From: the human T2T-CHM13v2.0 reference genome, Homo sapiens
Strand: one strand, 5' to 3'
DNA: 64,000 bases
Assembly: GCF_009914755.1 (NCBI RefSeq)
Contig: NC_060936.1
The notes below the pieces were generated by a model, which worked only from the letters and a program-made list of their open reading frames with translations, did not search any database and had not been told where the DNA came from. Both the position numbers and the translations under genes were made by a program. How positions within the stretch are numbered: the stretch's first letter is position 1; each line of letters begins with the position of its first letter. This document shows, one piece after another, positions 1-15,256 of this stretch.

Positions 1-72
1 ATACCTATGTAACAAACTTACACATTCAGCACTTGTATCCCGGAACTTAAAGTAAAATAATTAAATAAAAAA
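1..72 (+). mobile_element. L1PA 3' terminus, truncated by the window edge
   Basis: atacctatgtaacaaac...cacttgtatcccggaacttaaagtaaaataa plus A-rich tail; same motif as the L1 end at 29949-30006. Confidence 0.85.
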
Positions 73-1599
73 CTCATATGTAACTATTTCATCTCATTGA
101 TTTTAGCACTACTTATTTGCTGCTAAATGTGATAAACATTCAGCTCAGCAATTAAGAATATTAAAATCTTGACAATCATGATGCCCTAATTTAGGTTAAT
201 TTGGGATCTATTAAAATCTGATTGAAATTTTAACCCTGTGAGAGAGATATTAACATTCAACAATATTTTTTTTAAGCCAGAAAACATAAGGCACCCTGAC
301 GGTAAGGACCTGATCTAAATGGATGAAAACTGTGAAACTGAACAGTGATTTCTAGCAACAGCTCTTAAGTAGTTGTAATAGAGGGTGTTCTGCACAATTC
401 CCAAAGCATAACATGACATATTTGGCATTCTGTCTGTTGCATAGATGAAACGAGCTCACAGTTCTCTAACTCCAAATTCAGCTCCAATTGCCACATCCTC
501 CGTGGAACCTTCACTGAACTTCACAGACCAATGTAGTCTCTCCACCCTCTGTGCTCCTGTAGAACTTAGTTTAAACCGTTAAATCAGTAAAGAGCTGGGT
601 TAAAAAAAAAAAAGCAAAAAATATTAATATGAATGAGGACAGGACAATAATGTCCAATAGATTTTAGTCATTTCTGGATTAGTGTCCTGAGTTCATCCCT
701 GGATTTCATCTTTAGAACAGAATAATGCAACAACATGCAGATTTCCATGAGAAAGAAATAGGAAGAGGAAGACAGAAATGGCCAACTGTTGATTTAACAT
801 CCTTTCCAGGAAACCTGCAGCTTGTATCTTGTTCAGGATATAAACAAATCTAAATACTAAAGGATTGTGGTGGTATTTGGGATATGCGTGACTGCTAAGG
901 AGGCTTAGATACAGCATTTGTTTTTAAGAAGATGGCAAATTTGTGAAGAAGTAGTCAGAGTTTCAGCTGCAATGCCTATTGCTTCATTTAGCAGAATATG
1001 GAAGATCAACAGACATGCAGACCCTGGAGTCACTTCTTGTCTCAGGAAATGCTCTTTTCCTTAACCCTATGCACTGCTACATCCTATGCTGTTTTCACCT
1101 TCCGTATTTGAGAGTGGTACAAATAAGTGTAAAGTTTTATATGTACACATATACATATTTATATAATTAGCTAAAATATATAACAGTGGGCAAAAATTAT
1201 TGTAAAGGTAATATTGGAAAATAGAAGGCTATCCAAATAAAGAGTTATCCTCAAATCTCAAAACATAAACTAAGCATTAGACTGGGTGTAAGAAGGGCTG
1301 AAAGTTGAAGTAAATAGTCTTGTGCATTTCAGTGGATTCTTTCTAATGGGGATAATAAAACCAAATATCCAAGTGTACTTTAGAAAAAGCAGTGATTTTG
1401 TGAGAAACCTTTTTAAATTATTGTACACTTATTACCCCAATTTTTTTAATAAGGTGCCATCTCTATTTGCAAAGGGAGGAACAAAAATATATATCATCTG
1501 CTGGCAGTGGACTCAAATAAGAGAATTTCAATTGTTCCAAATTTTAATGGCTTATTTACATAATTCAGTCCTATTTAAAAATCTCTGACTGGTAACAAA

Positions 1600-1800
1600 G
1601 ACAACTGAGTTTGGACCCAGGTATTTGCACTAAAGCATTGACACTTTAGATGTTTACTTTCTAATCTCTCTTAACCATAAATTTTTCCTTCTGTATTTGG
1701 GGATAATATATTACAGAATTTGGGAAGTAACTTTTAACAATATATGAAAAGCACTTGGTTAAGTGCCAGGTAGCTTGGAGGCCTCAACAAATTTTAGTAA
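1600..1800 (+). mobile_element. MIR relic
   Basis: Degenerate MIR core and tail (tctgtatttggggataata...aaagcacttggttaagtgccaggtagcttggaggcctcaacaaat). Confidence 0.55.
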
Positions 1801-2634
1801 TAGCTATGGAGGCTATCTTAATTTTCAGTGGAAAACAATCACATCTTTTAGTCACATCTGATTCAACAAAATGATTTGGAGAAACGGTACTTAAGGGACT
1901 CACTGTTAGATAAGATCTGAATTCAATGGTTCTCTAAGCTGCAGCTTTGAGGGAGACATGCCCTGAGGTTGTCTCAATGGAATAGTTACAGCTATTACAG
2001 TAATCCTAATAAATAATAAAGTGTGACTGATACAAAAGTAATTTATATTCATGGATTAGCTGGGCACATAGGTTTAATAATATTGACATTACAGTAATAT
2101 GCTTAATAGCACATTGTCATAGTATCATCTGTTAAGTGTTTCTTACCAATGCATTTCATATCCCTGCCTAATAATAATTTGTTAAAGGCAATGTAGCTGC
2201 ACATATTAATTCTTTCGTAAATGTGAACATCACATTCTTGAATGGCACATAACTTAATTCATGATAACTTGGGTTGCGATTACATGAATAAAAACTCAGC
2301 CTCATCTGAATTGGAAGATTGCACATTTGTAGCCTTATTATAGTTAGGAAATTGAAATGTGAAAGGAGTGACAACTGCTAAGATCTGCAATAGAAAACAT
2401 TTGACTACATGCAGTGTAACTGCTCTATGTCACCTTGCCACTCACGCCTTGCCATTTTAACCTCTGACTCTGAAATGTATAGCAAGATGGCTGAGAATGA
2501 AATGAAGCTATGATCTCTCCCCTCAGCTACTCAGATTATATATACATGTTCATTTCACCTTGCCTAGTTCAAAATAAAACTGATGGAGCACAACTAGTTA
2601 TATTTTCATCTGTCTTACTTATAAGAGAATATTA

Positions 2635-2780
2635 TGTTTCATTCACTTATTCAATAAGCATTTATTGATCACCTGCTACTCACCTGGCAATGGGTCAGAC
2701 ACTATAGATCCAAGATGAAAGACAGATTTCCTGTCTACAAAGCATCATAATCAAGAATAGAGATTATATAACAAATTAGA
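2635..2780 (-). mobile_element. L2 3' end relic
   Basis: cattcacttattcaataagcatttattgatcacctgcta, the typical antisense L2 tail. Confidence 0.65.
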
Positions 2781-3374
2781 GATGGAAGAGATAGATCATG
2801 GGCCAACTGCAGCAATAGTTGTCAAAACTTCTAGCTCCAAAATGCACCTACTTATGATTTTTAAAAACTCATCAAGCAAATTGTTTGCCTTCTAAATAAT
2901 GTTATTCTTATGAAAGGTAATGAAATGCAAGATTACATAAAGATCCTTTAAATGATTGATGTTAAATGTGGTAGGCAGGTCTGATTTTTATGTCTCCTTA
3001 TTACTCATCATAGAAATCTTGCTAAAATCCATGAGATATCTGTTTTCCTGCCACGAGTATTCTCATTTTAAATATTTTATTTCTTGTATGATCTTTGGTT
3101 TTACATACTTTATACAAGGTATCTCCTGTGATAAAACTGATAATCTTGAGACTTAAACAATTTGATGCATTTAGACTTCAATTGAGATGTTCTCATTTTA
3201 TTGAAAAGCATCAACAGAAAGGTAACAGATTGTTTCTTCTTTTGTTTCTACATACAGATTATGTCTGTATTGCTTTCCAGGTAGTGTGAATAATGAATTA
3301 TGCAGATCCTATTATTTGTCCCATATTTTTCTCCTCTCCTCTCAGACAGCTATTGTTCTTATTTTTCAATCTCT

Positions 3375-4585
3375 ATTATTTGCAAAAAAAAAAAAAAAAA
3401 AAAAAAGCTGGTTCTAAACTTCATGTTGATATTCAAGCGACCAAACATAGCCACAATAACCTTGAAATAAAAAGTAAACAGCAGGGATACTCAGAATTCA
3501 CAATTTTCAAATTTACTACAAAGCTACAGGAATCAAGACAGTGTGGTACCCGCATGAGGACAAACATATAAATCAATGGAATGGACAGTTCAGATATAAA
3601 CCCTGCATTTACTATTAATTGATTTTTTTTAACTAGGATTCTAAGACAAATGGATAATAATAGTCTTAACAAAAGATGATAGGACAATTGAATACCACAT
3701 GTAAAAGAGTAATATTGGACCCTCTACTTCACATGGTACACAAAAATTAACTTAGAATGGATCAACGACCTAAAACTGTAAAACTCTTAGAAGAAACATT
3801 AAAGTAAATCTTCATGACCTTGGATTAGGCAATAATTCCTTAGATAGGTTCCCAAATACACAAGCAACTAAAGAAAACACGTATAAACCGAACACCTTCA
3901 AAATTGAAAACTTCTTTGTGTCAAAGGACTTTATCATAAAAGAGATGATCTACAGAATGTGAGAATATTTGCAAATCATGTATCTGATGAGAGTCTTGTC
4001 TCTAGAATATAAAAGGAACTTTTACAATTTAATAACGAAAAGATAACCCAATGTTTAAAATGGACCAAGGATCTGAGTAGAAACATTTTTCCAATGAAAA
4101 TATACAAATGGCCAATAAACACAAGAAAAGATGTATATTATTAGCCATCATAGAAACACAAGTAAAAACCACAATGAGACATCACTTGATTCCCAATAGG
4201 ATGGCTATAATAAAAAAGACATAATAATAGATATTGGTGAGGATGTGGAGAAACTGGACTCTCATATACGCTGGTGATAATATAAAATGGTGCAGCCGTT
4301 TTAAAAAACAAAACAGCAGTTCCTCAAAAGATTGAACATAGTTACCATATGATCTATCAATTTCACTCCATGTATGCACTCAAGACAAATGAAAACATGT
4401 ATCTACACAAAAGCTTGTATCTGAATGTTCATAGTAACATTTATATTTGCCAAATATCGGAAACAATCCAAATGTGCATTAACTGATTGATTACTTATTT
4501 CACTCAGTATAATGTTTTCAATGTTCATCTATGTTATAGCATATATTAATACCTTATTTCTTGTGATAGATGAACAATATTACAA
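3375..4585 (+). mobile_element. Old L1M (L1MB-like) ORF2 3' fragment; last ~95 bp inverted
   Basis: ORF2 motifs tactacaaagctacaggaatcaagacagtgtggtac, gaatatttgcaaatcatgtatctgat and gaggatgtggagaaactgga; 4488-4583 reads as antisense L1. Confidence 0.85.
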
Positions 4586-4699
4586 TAAATGAAGTTCTAG
4601 AGAGAGCAGCCAGTCAGATAAGAGGCTGACACAAAGAGAGTAGAGCACTGGTAGTTCTCTCTCTTTTAATGTTTCAAAAGCATTTTGAAGATAAATAAA

Positions 4700-6190
4700 T
4701 TATCAACTCCATTAAATGACACTGAGAGGTTGAATGAAATTAGGATTGAAAACCCCCCCAGAATATGTTGATAAATTTATCTTAACAGAGTTCTTTGAGT
4801 GAAATGGTTGGACTAAGTTCAGGAGAGAAAAGGAGAGGGCAGAGAAAACTAAGAAAACAAACATTGCCCAATCCTGTAAGGACTTTTATCACACAGAGAA
4901 GCAGAGAAATGCTGCAGAAACTGGAGAAAATTATGTGGTTAAGGCTGTGTTTTTGTAATTTTTAAAAGATCAGATATATTATGGTGTATAGAACACTAAT
5001 GGAACAATCTAGTAAAGCTGGAGAAGTTGATGGTATAAATAACCTAAGGCAACCAGATTCCATATCTCACTTCTAATCCTTTCAAGCCAACCACTCCTTC
5101 CAAGATATTATTACAAAGGCAACACTCATATAGAAACAAATCTGCAAGAGAGAGGCAGATAATTTCATCTATCAGTTAATGGGAAAATGTGGAAGTTCTC
5201 TCCTGGTTGCTTCTGTTTTTATCAATGGAATATGAAACATGCTTCTGAGCTGAGAGTGTGGAGGAGGATGGAATAATAAAATTTTTAGGTATACAATAGT
5301 CACCTGGACAGTGAGGGAGTGAAGTGAATAGAAAAATAACTAAGAAAACATGATGACATTGGCAGGCACTATCAAGGGCCCATTTGCAGTTTGTGGTCAC
5401 AAATTCAATTTGAGGCCAGACATTATAGATGTTTGACTGTGATTGCCACATTCCACCCCTTGAATGTAAGCACATAGCAGGAGGGGAATTGGAGTTGAAC
5501 AAGTTGGTTTTTTACCAGGTGTATTATACCGAGGGGGAAAGAAAAGAAAGTAGAGATTCATGCAAGGGAATGTAATAATAATGGATAAGGAGGGACCACA
5601 CAATCTGAGCATAGTTGGGAGAAATATGTGGATAAAAATGAAGTGATAAGACACTGCAAAGGCAGTAGGGCCAATGGATTGGAGGTTCTGGTTTGGTAAA
5701 GAATTAAGGAAATAAGACAATGTGAAAGGGAATTATAGTAGATAACAGTCAGAGAGTATAATAATTTAAACTGAGCAGCTGGAAATCCTGCAATTACTGG
5801 TGATGACTTGGATGAGGGTGAGACCTTGGGAGTGGGTGGCTGAGGTTAATGGAGAACAAGATCAGTGAAGGTGAGGAAGCCAATAGCTGAGAGGGTAGAA
5901 CTTGTTTAAAATGGATTGTCCATGGAGATATTGAAATCACAAAGACAGGAGAATAATGATTGCAAAATGGCCAGTGGAAGGAAAGCCAGCCACTACTAGA
6001 GAAAACTAAAAGGGAGCATTTTTGTTAGAACCAGCAGATTGTGATTAGGGCAAGACAGTAAAGGGATTATTCAGAGAAGAGGCTGAAAATATAAGAGATT
6101 TTTATAAATATCTATGTCAGAACATATGTCTATAATAGGGAAATGTTTGGGATCTTAGGGAAGGTAGAAGATGTGGTCAGAATGGCATAT
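4700..6190 (-). mobile_element. Ancient L2 body, interrupted at 5037-5140
   Basis: Long purine-rich degenerate tract typical of antisense L2 ORF2 (gaccttgggagtgggtggctgagg, gagatattgaaatcac). Confidence 0.6.
5037..5140 (+). repeat. 104-bp direct duplicate of 6740-6843
   Basis: Ungapped alignment with 9 mismatches in 104 nt (hand count). Confidence 0.95.
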
Positions 6191-6499
6191 ACAGAGCTAT
6201 TTAAAAAGTACAGTGTACATGGCTAGCTCAAGTTTACAAACTGTGTTTACGATCATACAGTAGTTTGAAAACCTTAAGACAACATAAATACATGAACTCT
6301 CATTTTCCATCAAAAGGAAAGATTCGAAAAGTTTAGCCACTTCATCTAATTTTGTGTTTGTGCAGGGAGATAAGTCAGAACACCTAACCATATTGTGCTG
6401 GGAGATGCTGTATTGATTAGAATTCTTTTCATTTCCTTTGAGTATAGCCAAAAGCTTTTTTCCTCACACAGAATACATAAGGACTGAGTATCTGTTTGC

Positions 6500-6802
6500 C
6501 AACGGACCACTGGATGGGATGAAGACAGCTCATTCTTTATTCCACTTCGATCTCTGGCCTGTCTGATGGTACTGTCAACAAGGGGGTGACACAATGCCAA
6601 GTATCGTTGTGATTTTTATGACCTGGACATCTGTCTAGTATGTACTAGACTAGGACCACAAGTTCTGTCACAGAGGCCATGGAAAAACTGCCAGATGGTA
6701 ATGAATTTTAGCCACTGCTGACTTCAGCTGGATACAAACAAATGACCTAAGGGGACCAGATTCCATATCTCACTTCTAATCCTTTCAAGCTAACCACTCC
6801 TT
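6500..6802 (-). mobile_element. LF-SINE (LFSINE_Vert) relic
   Basis: Minus strand ggagtggttagcttgaaaggattagaagtgagatatgg...taggtcatttgtttgtatccagctgaagtcagcagtggctaaaattcattaccatctg...ggcctctgtga...gacagatgtcca...cccttgttgacagt...cagacaggcca is colinear with the recalled LF-SINE consensus. Confidence 0.8.
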
Positions 6803-7810
6803 CCAAGATATGATTACAAATGCAACGATCATGTAGAAACAAACATGAAACCATGGAGCAGCATTAAGGTGCATAATTTGGACAATACAGCAAATATAAA
6901 ACATGTTTAGGCAGATATTGAACCAAAAAAAATCATGTTTTTTGTAAACCTTTATATTCCCTTACCTCATCTCAAAAAGCCAGAAACAGAAATAATGAAA
7001 ATTTGCCATGTTCGTTTTTCTGTTTTGTTAACCCCAAAATAGAAAAGGTTATTGCAACGATTACCTCACTCACAACATTCACAGAATAATATATCTGAAA
7101 GAAGACACATTTTAAAACCAGGCTTATAGCCAAAGGACAGGTTATTTTGTTCTGACAAATGTAATTTTCTAATAAATAAAATGTTTTATTTCGTTTTTCT
7201 TTTCATTTTTGTTATGGTTTCAAGTCTTACCAACTTATCTAAATGTTTAGGTATTTAATTCAACAATATAGTAAGTGGAAATGACTATTTAATTTTCTGC
7301 AGGGCCTACTCGTGAATCTTAGTTTGGATGGCAGGAGACAGTAGACTGGATTTATACTTACCATGAGCTTGTTATGTTCACAAATATGAGATCTAACTAA
7401 TATGAGATTGAATTCCTGTATTTTTTCTCTCTCTCCCAGAAATGAGTAGAGAAAGAATCCAACCTCATTTATGGTCATAAATAGTTGGTGTTCAAACGAA
7501 GTAGCTCCAACTAATTAGTGAATTGAGAGCTAAAAATAGTAACTTTATATCCCTAAGTTCACTTTCTAGACATAAATTCACATGGTAAATTAGGTGGGAT
7601 CTTAGTAGGAACTGTGCAGAAAGAATACGGTAGAAAAAGTAAGAAAGATCCAATTTTCAGTCATTTTTATTTTAACATACTCTCCAAATATGAGGACTTT
7701 AGGTCCTTTCTTCCATACACCAAGTTGGGCTATAAAGGAAACTTTCTTCAGACAGATTCTTAAGGGCCTGTGGCAGGTGATTCTTTCTTATTGTTCAGCT
7801 ATCAGAAGTT

Positions 7811-9802
<1,992 letters not shown>

Positions 9803-10261
9803 AAGTTTTGTTACAAGTTCAGTAAGAAATGTTGGTTTAGAGGCTCCATATTTTAAGAGTAATGTAGAGAAGTGAAATAAAATGATATTAAATTTAACAT
9901 AAATGCAGTCTGTGAAGAAATAGCCAAGAGGAAAATAGTTGCACAGTTACCTGGATGTGTAGATTTCCTTTCCCAAAATTCTTCTACGCGTTTGTTTTGT
10001 TTTCTTTGAGTACTTGTCATATTAAACTTTCCACATTTGATTGGTTTTTATCATATTTCATCACATCAATGACTCAAGTGATTGTACAATATACCCTATG
10101 TTATGTACTTCTAAGGAAGAAAAGAGATTTTGCCACTTAAACTATGCCAACATCAGTTATAAGACTCATTTTGATTATACAGATGTTAGAATATGTGGGG
10201 CAAGGAGAAGTGCGTTCTTAGAATCAAGGACATACCAGCTCTTATAGTAAGATGCCCCATC

Positions 10262-10386
10262 TTATCTTTCCTAGTGAGTCACAAATACCTTGAAGGTGGG
10301 AGCTGTGGTCTCATCTATCTCGCTGGTATTTTCCATAGAGCCTTTTATGCAACATGTGCTCCATAAATATGTGTTAAATAAATGAA
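10262..10386 (+). mobile_element. L2 3' end
   Basis: ccttgaaggtgggagctgtgg...gtgctccataaatatgtgttaaataaatgaat. Confidence 0.6.
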
Positions 10387-10713
10387 TCCCTAAGAGAAGT
10401 AACTCCAGGAGCAATAAAGTTACAACCAGAAAGTTGTTGCTATTGTCTTTTAACTAACCAGTAAAGAAAGTTATGAAATCAACCAGTCTATAAAATATCA
10501 TTACATGTTAATTGGAAATTGCTTAACTACCTAGAAGTAGGAATATTCCTAGGGGAAGCCAAAAAATAAAAATAAAAATGATAGTCCCTACAATTTAAAG
10601 AGCTAATAATCTAGGAGGACAAATAAGGAATATATAAAAGGAAACTTAAAAAAAACACCAATTATTACGCAAGATAATATAAAGAGGAGTGGCATGGACC
10701 CAAGTAATATAGA

Positions 10714-11173
10714 CAGTGGTTATCACAATTATTGATGATCCCTTAGGACTTTCTTTTTGGTAGGTATATCTATTGATATTTGCCATATTCAGTTCAAATA
10801 AAAATTTTAAAGAATTAATTCACTCAAAATAATTAAAAATCAATACAGGCTAATAGTAATGTTTTATTTTGAGGACAAAAAGCTATATTTGTCAAAACCA
10901 AAAGTAAGAGTCACATAGACATTATTTCAAATCTCTTTAATGTCCAACTTAACAGAAGTAAGCTGAATTCTCACATTTGCTTCTGCATTGATTCTGTTGC
11001 AATACTGTATGTCATGTAGCCTCTGGAAATCTCCACACTATTTTCATGAAAGAATGAGAGAGAAAAAGGCAAACAACGTTTTGTTATGATTATAAAAATG
11101 GTTTTGATGTTGCTGATCTCCTGAGAGGATGTGGTGGCTCTAGGGTGACAGTTTCACACCTTGGGAATCCCTG
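10714..11173. mobile_element. Charlie1-family hAT DNA transposon, internally deleted
   Basis: cagtggtt...ctg termini; internal caaatctctttaatgtc...ttctcacatttgcttctgcatt; residual target duplication atataga on both sides. Confidence 0.75.
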
Positions 11174-11689
11174 ATATAGAAAGTCAGGACAGACATAGGG
11201 AGTCAGAGACAGCAGAGAGAGTGATGAGTCTGGAAGAGTAGGAGAAACTTTCATGGGACGTTTTCTGAAGTGTCTACGCTGGAAAGAATTCAAGTCTAAA
11301 GACGTAGAATTGAGACTTGATGAGTCATTTAAACATTTCGGCATTTCAATTTCATTGTCCACACTTACCAAGGTTGCTGTAAGAATGTAATGAGCTAATA
11401 TATATAAAAAGGCTTTGTGAAATATAAAGCTTTTTATACCTGCCATTACTTTTGTTTAGTAGGATGGTGAATTAGGATTCAAAGGATGAATAATCAGCAT
11501 ATGGGTGTCTAGATCAGGGAGAATAGAATGTTCTATTTCAGTGTATGTCCAATGATCCGCTTTAGTCCTTATTGTAGTTGCCTTACCCAAATATTTGACC
11601 CTGTTGATCAGTCTTTCCCCCTCTAAATGCTGCCTTTATTGGGCTATCAGTCAGAACACTGCTCTCCTATTTTTCTACCTGGGGACTCT

Positions 11690-12390
11690 ATTTCAGCTGT
11701 CTCTGCTGGCTCTTGCTCTTCTCCTGGAGCAATTACTGTTGCGAATCCCCAGGCCACTGGCCTTGCCCTTCTCCAATCCATCTGCCCTCTCTCCGTAAGC
11801 AATTTTGCCCCATCTCGTGGATCTCATGGCCTGAAATAGCATCTCTGTGCTGATGAAACCCAAATTTGCATCCCTAAACATGAATAACTAGCTGCCTATT
11901 TTACATACCTACCTGGATGTCCAATAACAATCTTAACATGTCTAAAAGCAACCTCTACCTCCACCTTACTGAATCCATCTCTTATTCCTAGCTCCCTTCC
12001 TGTTTCATTATACAGGATTCCTTGGCCTTCCAACACACCTCACAGCCTCTTGCTCAACACCCTTCCATAGCTCTTCTCTCCTACAGTGATCTTCCTGCAA
12101 ATATGCCCCGGCCCCTTCCCTATTGAATCTTTGCTCTGATGTCACTTTTGCAGTCAGACCTATTTAGAAGCTGCATGCTTATTAAATTTTTCAACTCTAT
12201 GGTCCTCAACCTTTCCTGGCATTCTCTATCCTACTTCGTATCTACCTTAGCATACTATAGGATGTAGTACATGCTAAAATATTGTATAACTATTTATTTT
12301 GGATTTGTTTTTCTCTTGAGTTCCAATTTTATTCATTTTCTTTCTACATAAGCTCCATAAGGATATAGATTTTTGGTTTATTCACTGATA
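11690..12390 (+). mobile_element. L2 (L2a-like) 3' region fragments
   Basis: Pyrimidine-rich; ctctgtgctgatgaaacccaaat, cctggatgtccaa, taagctccataagga. Confidence 0.6.
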
Positions 12391-12409
12391 TACGTACTTC
12401 ACAATAATG

Positions 12410-12580
12410 AAAGGTAAACCTTGAAATAGGCTTTCCAGGGATGCTGTGAAAGTCTTGTTCCATGGAGACTGCTAAAAATAGAGACAGCCATTTGTAAGCC
12501 ATTGTTTAGAGTAATCTATCTGGAGGCTGAATAAAACGATTCCTTGGTGCTTTGCAGTTCCATGTCTTGTGATATATGAA
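12410..12580 (+). mobile_element. L3/CR1 3' end relic
   Basis: ccagggatgctgtgaaagtcttgttccatggag...gacagccatttg...tcttgtgatatatga resembles the CR1 3' terminus. Confidence 0.55.
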
Positions 12581-13623
12581 TACGAATTTCAACTTGAAAA
12601 ACAAGTCCCTCATTAGTCCGATATGGGCCCAGTCTGTTACCTAATACATATAATTTAGTTTAGATAAGCCTGTTTTTGACAGACTCCAAACAAGAGAAAG
12701 AGAATGAATGGGAATATGAATTGAGGAGGATTTGAATTATCTTCTATGAGTTGCTTTTTAAGTCATATTTTTGTTTTGCCACATTGCCAAAAATAAGGCT
12801 GGCAACTGGGCTTTCCGTTTTTTTCAAATGTCTCTATGGTTTTCTGTGCCGTTACAAAGCATTTCCCAATCTTCAACAAAGATACATTTTTCAATAAGGG
12901 AAAAACCTGTAGAATCAAGTTTGAAGGTTAAAAACTCAGTAATGAATGTTCTTGCTCTTGTGAGTTATCTCAGATCCTTAGCATTATTTTAATGTCATTT
13001 TTAATGTGAATTTCCATGCTATTTTAATTCATTAGTCGTGGGCTATCATTTTTTGAAGTAATTACTGTAATTTCATCAAATGACATAATTATAGTAAATA
13101 CTTTGATGTAATTACCATAAATATGGAAAGAGACACCCGAAGGTGTAATAATGTCACAAACTAAGATATTTATGATGTGTAAAGACAAATTATGATGACA
13201 TTTATGACATGTAATAACATCACTGAGTTCTATGTTTATGTTGTATAAAGAATAATGATATAAATAGAGTGTAAAATTACATCATGTAGATTAATTTCTT
13301 TTATAACTAGTATAGAAACTTGAGAACACCACAAGGCCTCAGGTTCAGATAAATAGATCATTGCCACTTTTTAGCACTTTTCTCTTTGAACCCTAATAAA
13401 TGACTATGCTATTTTATTGGGGTAAAAGCATTTTCCTTTCTAAAAGCTTAGACATAGACACAAAGCAGAAACACAAAATGAGAACACATATTTAGTGCTT
13501 GAAAAAAATGTTCATTTGAAGATTTGAAAATAACTAAGTGTTTGGGAAATAAGCCAATGTTTGGTCCATATTGTCAGTTCAGACTATCAGGTCACTTTAG
13601 CATTTTCTTAAAAATGAATCAGC

Positions 13624-13968
<345 letters not shown>

Positions 13969-14729
13969 TTAATTGAAATACTTCTTCTCTCATCAGATTG
14001 TTAAGTTTTTAGTTCATGAAGAAATAAGTTTGCACGTCTTCATTCTGCCTATTTGAATAATGTGAAATAGGTTTTAAGAAAAAAATGAAGTAGAAGATAT
14101 CAAGCCTGAAACAAAGCTTAATTTTGTGAACAATTTAGTTCTGGTTAGACTGAGGCAGACAAGTACTGTAAAAATAATTTCTACTGCAAAGTTGTAGCTC
14201 AGGCTGAGAGGTATTATGGGCATCAATCAGTTTATTTATGGTACTACTACTGATGAGTCTCTCCTTGTATACAAGGGAAATTCAACGACAGAAAATGATA
14301 GCCTTTTCCTAATGTATTAGTGAAAGGAATTTTGTTTTTGAGCATTCACTTAATCTGATTGTACCTTGAGCCTAGAATTTCGTAGTTTGAATTAGTCATT
14401 CTTTCTTAGTCTCCCGTGCATTTTGAAAGATGCTTCCCATTCCACAGCCTTCATATCCTCCTGTCCTTGATAATGTTTTAGGGCGTGGTGATTTTCCCTC
14501 CGTGGATACTGAATTCCGGATGAATGCAGCTATGATGTTGTTAAGTGTTTTGCCACTTTTTGCCATGAACTGCCCAGGCTCCTATCACTATATAGCAAGT
14601 GGATTAAGTGGATTAAGCTTGTGTTTTGTTTGCAAAACCAATAAGACCCAAGAGTCAACCACGGATTCCTATTTCTTGGAAGGTTTGTTGAGTGCAGTAG
14701 GCACTTCTGATGCAACTTCTGAAATTGTA

Positions 14730-15240
14730 ACTTAATTGTAAACAACAGAATCAACTCCAGCTAGTTAAAGCTGTAAACAAATTACTCTGAAGTTTACATA
14801 ATCACCACAAGGGCCAGCAAATTAGGCTCAGAAACTACACTATCTGGAAAAAAATCCCAAATGATGCCACAAGACTGCTTGTAGGCACATCACTTTCACA
14901 GGGAAAGCTTAGCCCTTCCCTGGGAATATGATCACACAGCCTTGAAAAGTTACTGCTAGGATCTCTGTCCCTGCTATATCTGAGAGCTCAATGTCCCTGT
15001 CCCATGTTCTTCTACACATGTCATCAACAGGATGGTTGCTGAACTTGCCTCATTCCTCACATTGCTCTTTGCTGCAGCGAAGTCATTGCCTTTGTTTCAT
15101 CTGCTTGTTGAAATCTGGGTCATGTGACTATGCCTCGCCTACATAGGAGGTAGAAAGATGAGGTCTTGGCCTCAAAATTGAAGAAGAAATGACAATGTGG
15201 AAAATTATCTTAGAATATTATTTTCAAAAATGTGGGGACT
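14730..15240 (-). mobile_element. Old MaLR (MLT1-like) LTR relic
   Basis: ttgtaaacaacagaatcaactccagctagttaaagc start and gggtcatgtgactatgcctcgcct near the end; highly diverged. Confidence 0.4.
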
Positions 15241-15256
15241 GACAGAAACTTTATAC

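Noticed and set aside
3384-3406. Poly(A) tract as the tail of a processed pseudogene
   Set aside because: It sits inside L1M ORF2-like sequence, with no upstream mRNA-like sequence or TSD
6197-6600. Two 84-aa minus-strand ORFs, one overlapping the LF-SINE
   Set aside because: Non-ATG starts, short length and no homology recognised; consistent with chance
14400-14735. 101-aa ORF in a unique stretch with a few retained CpGs
   Set aside because: No recognisable domain in the frames I examined and no convincing splice-site pair
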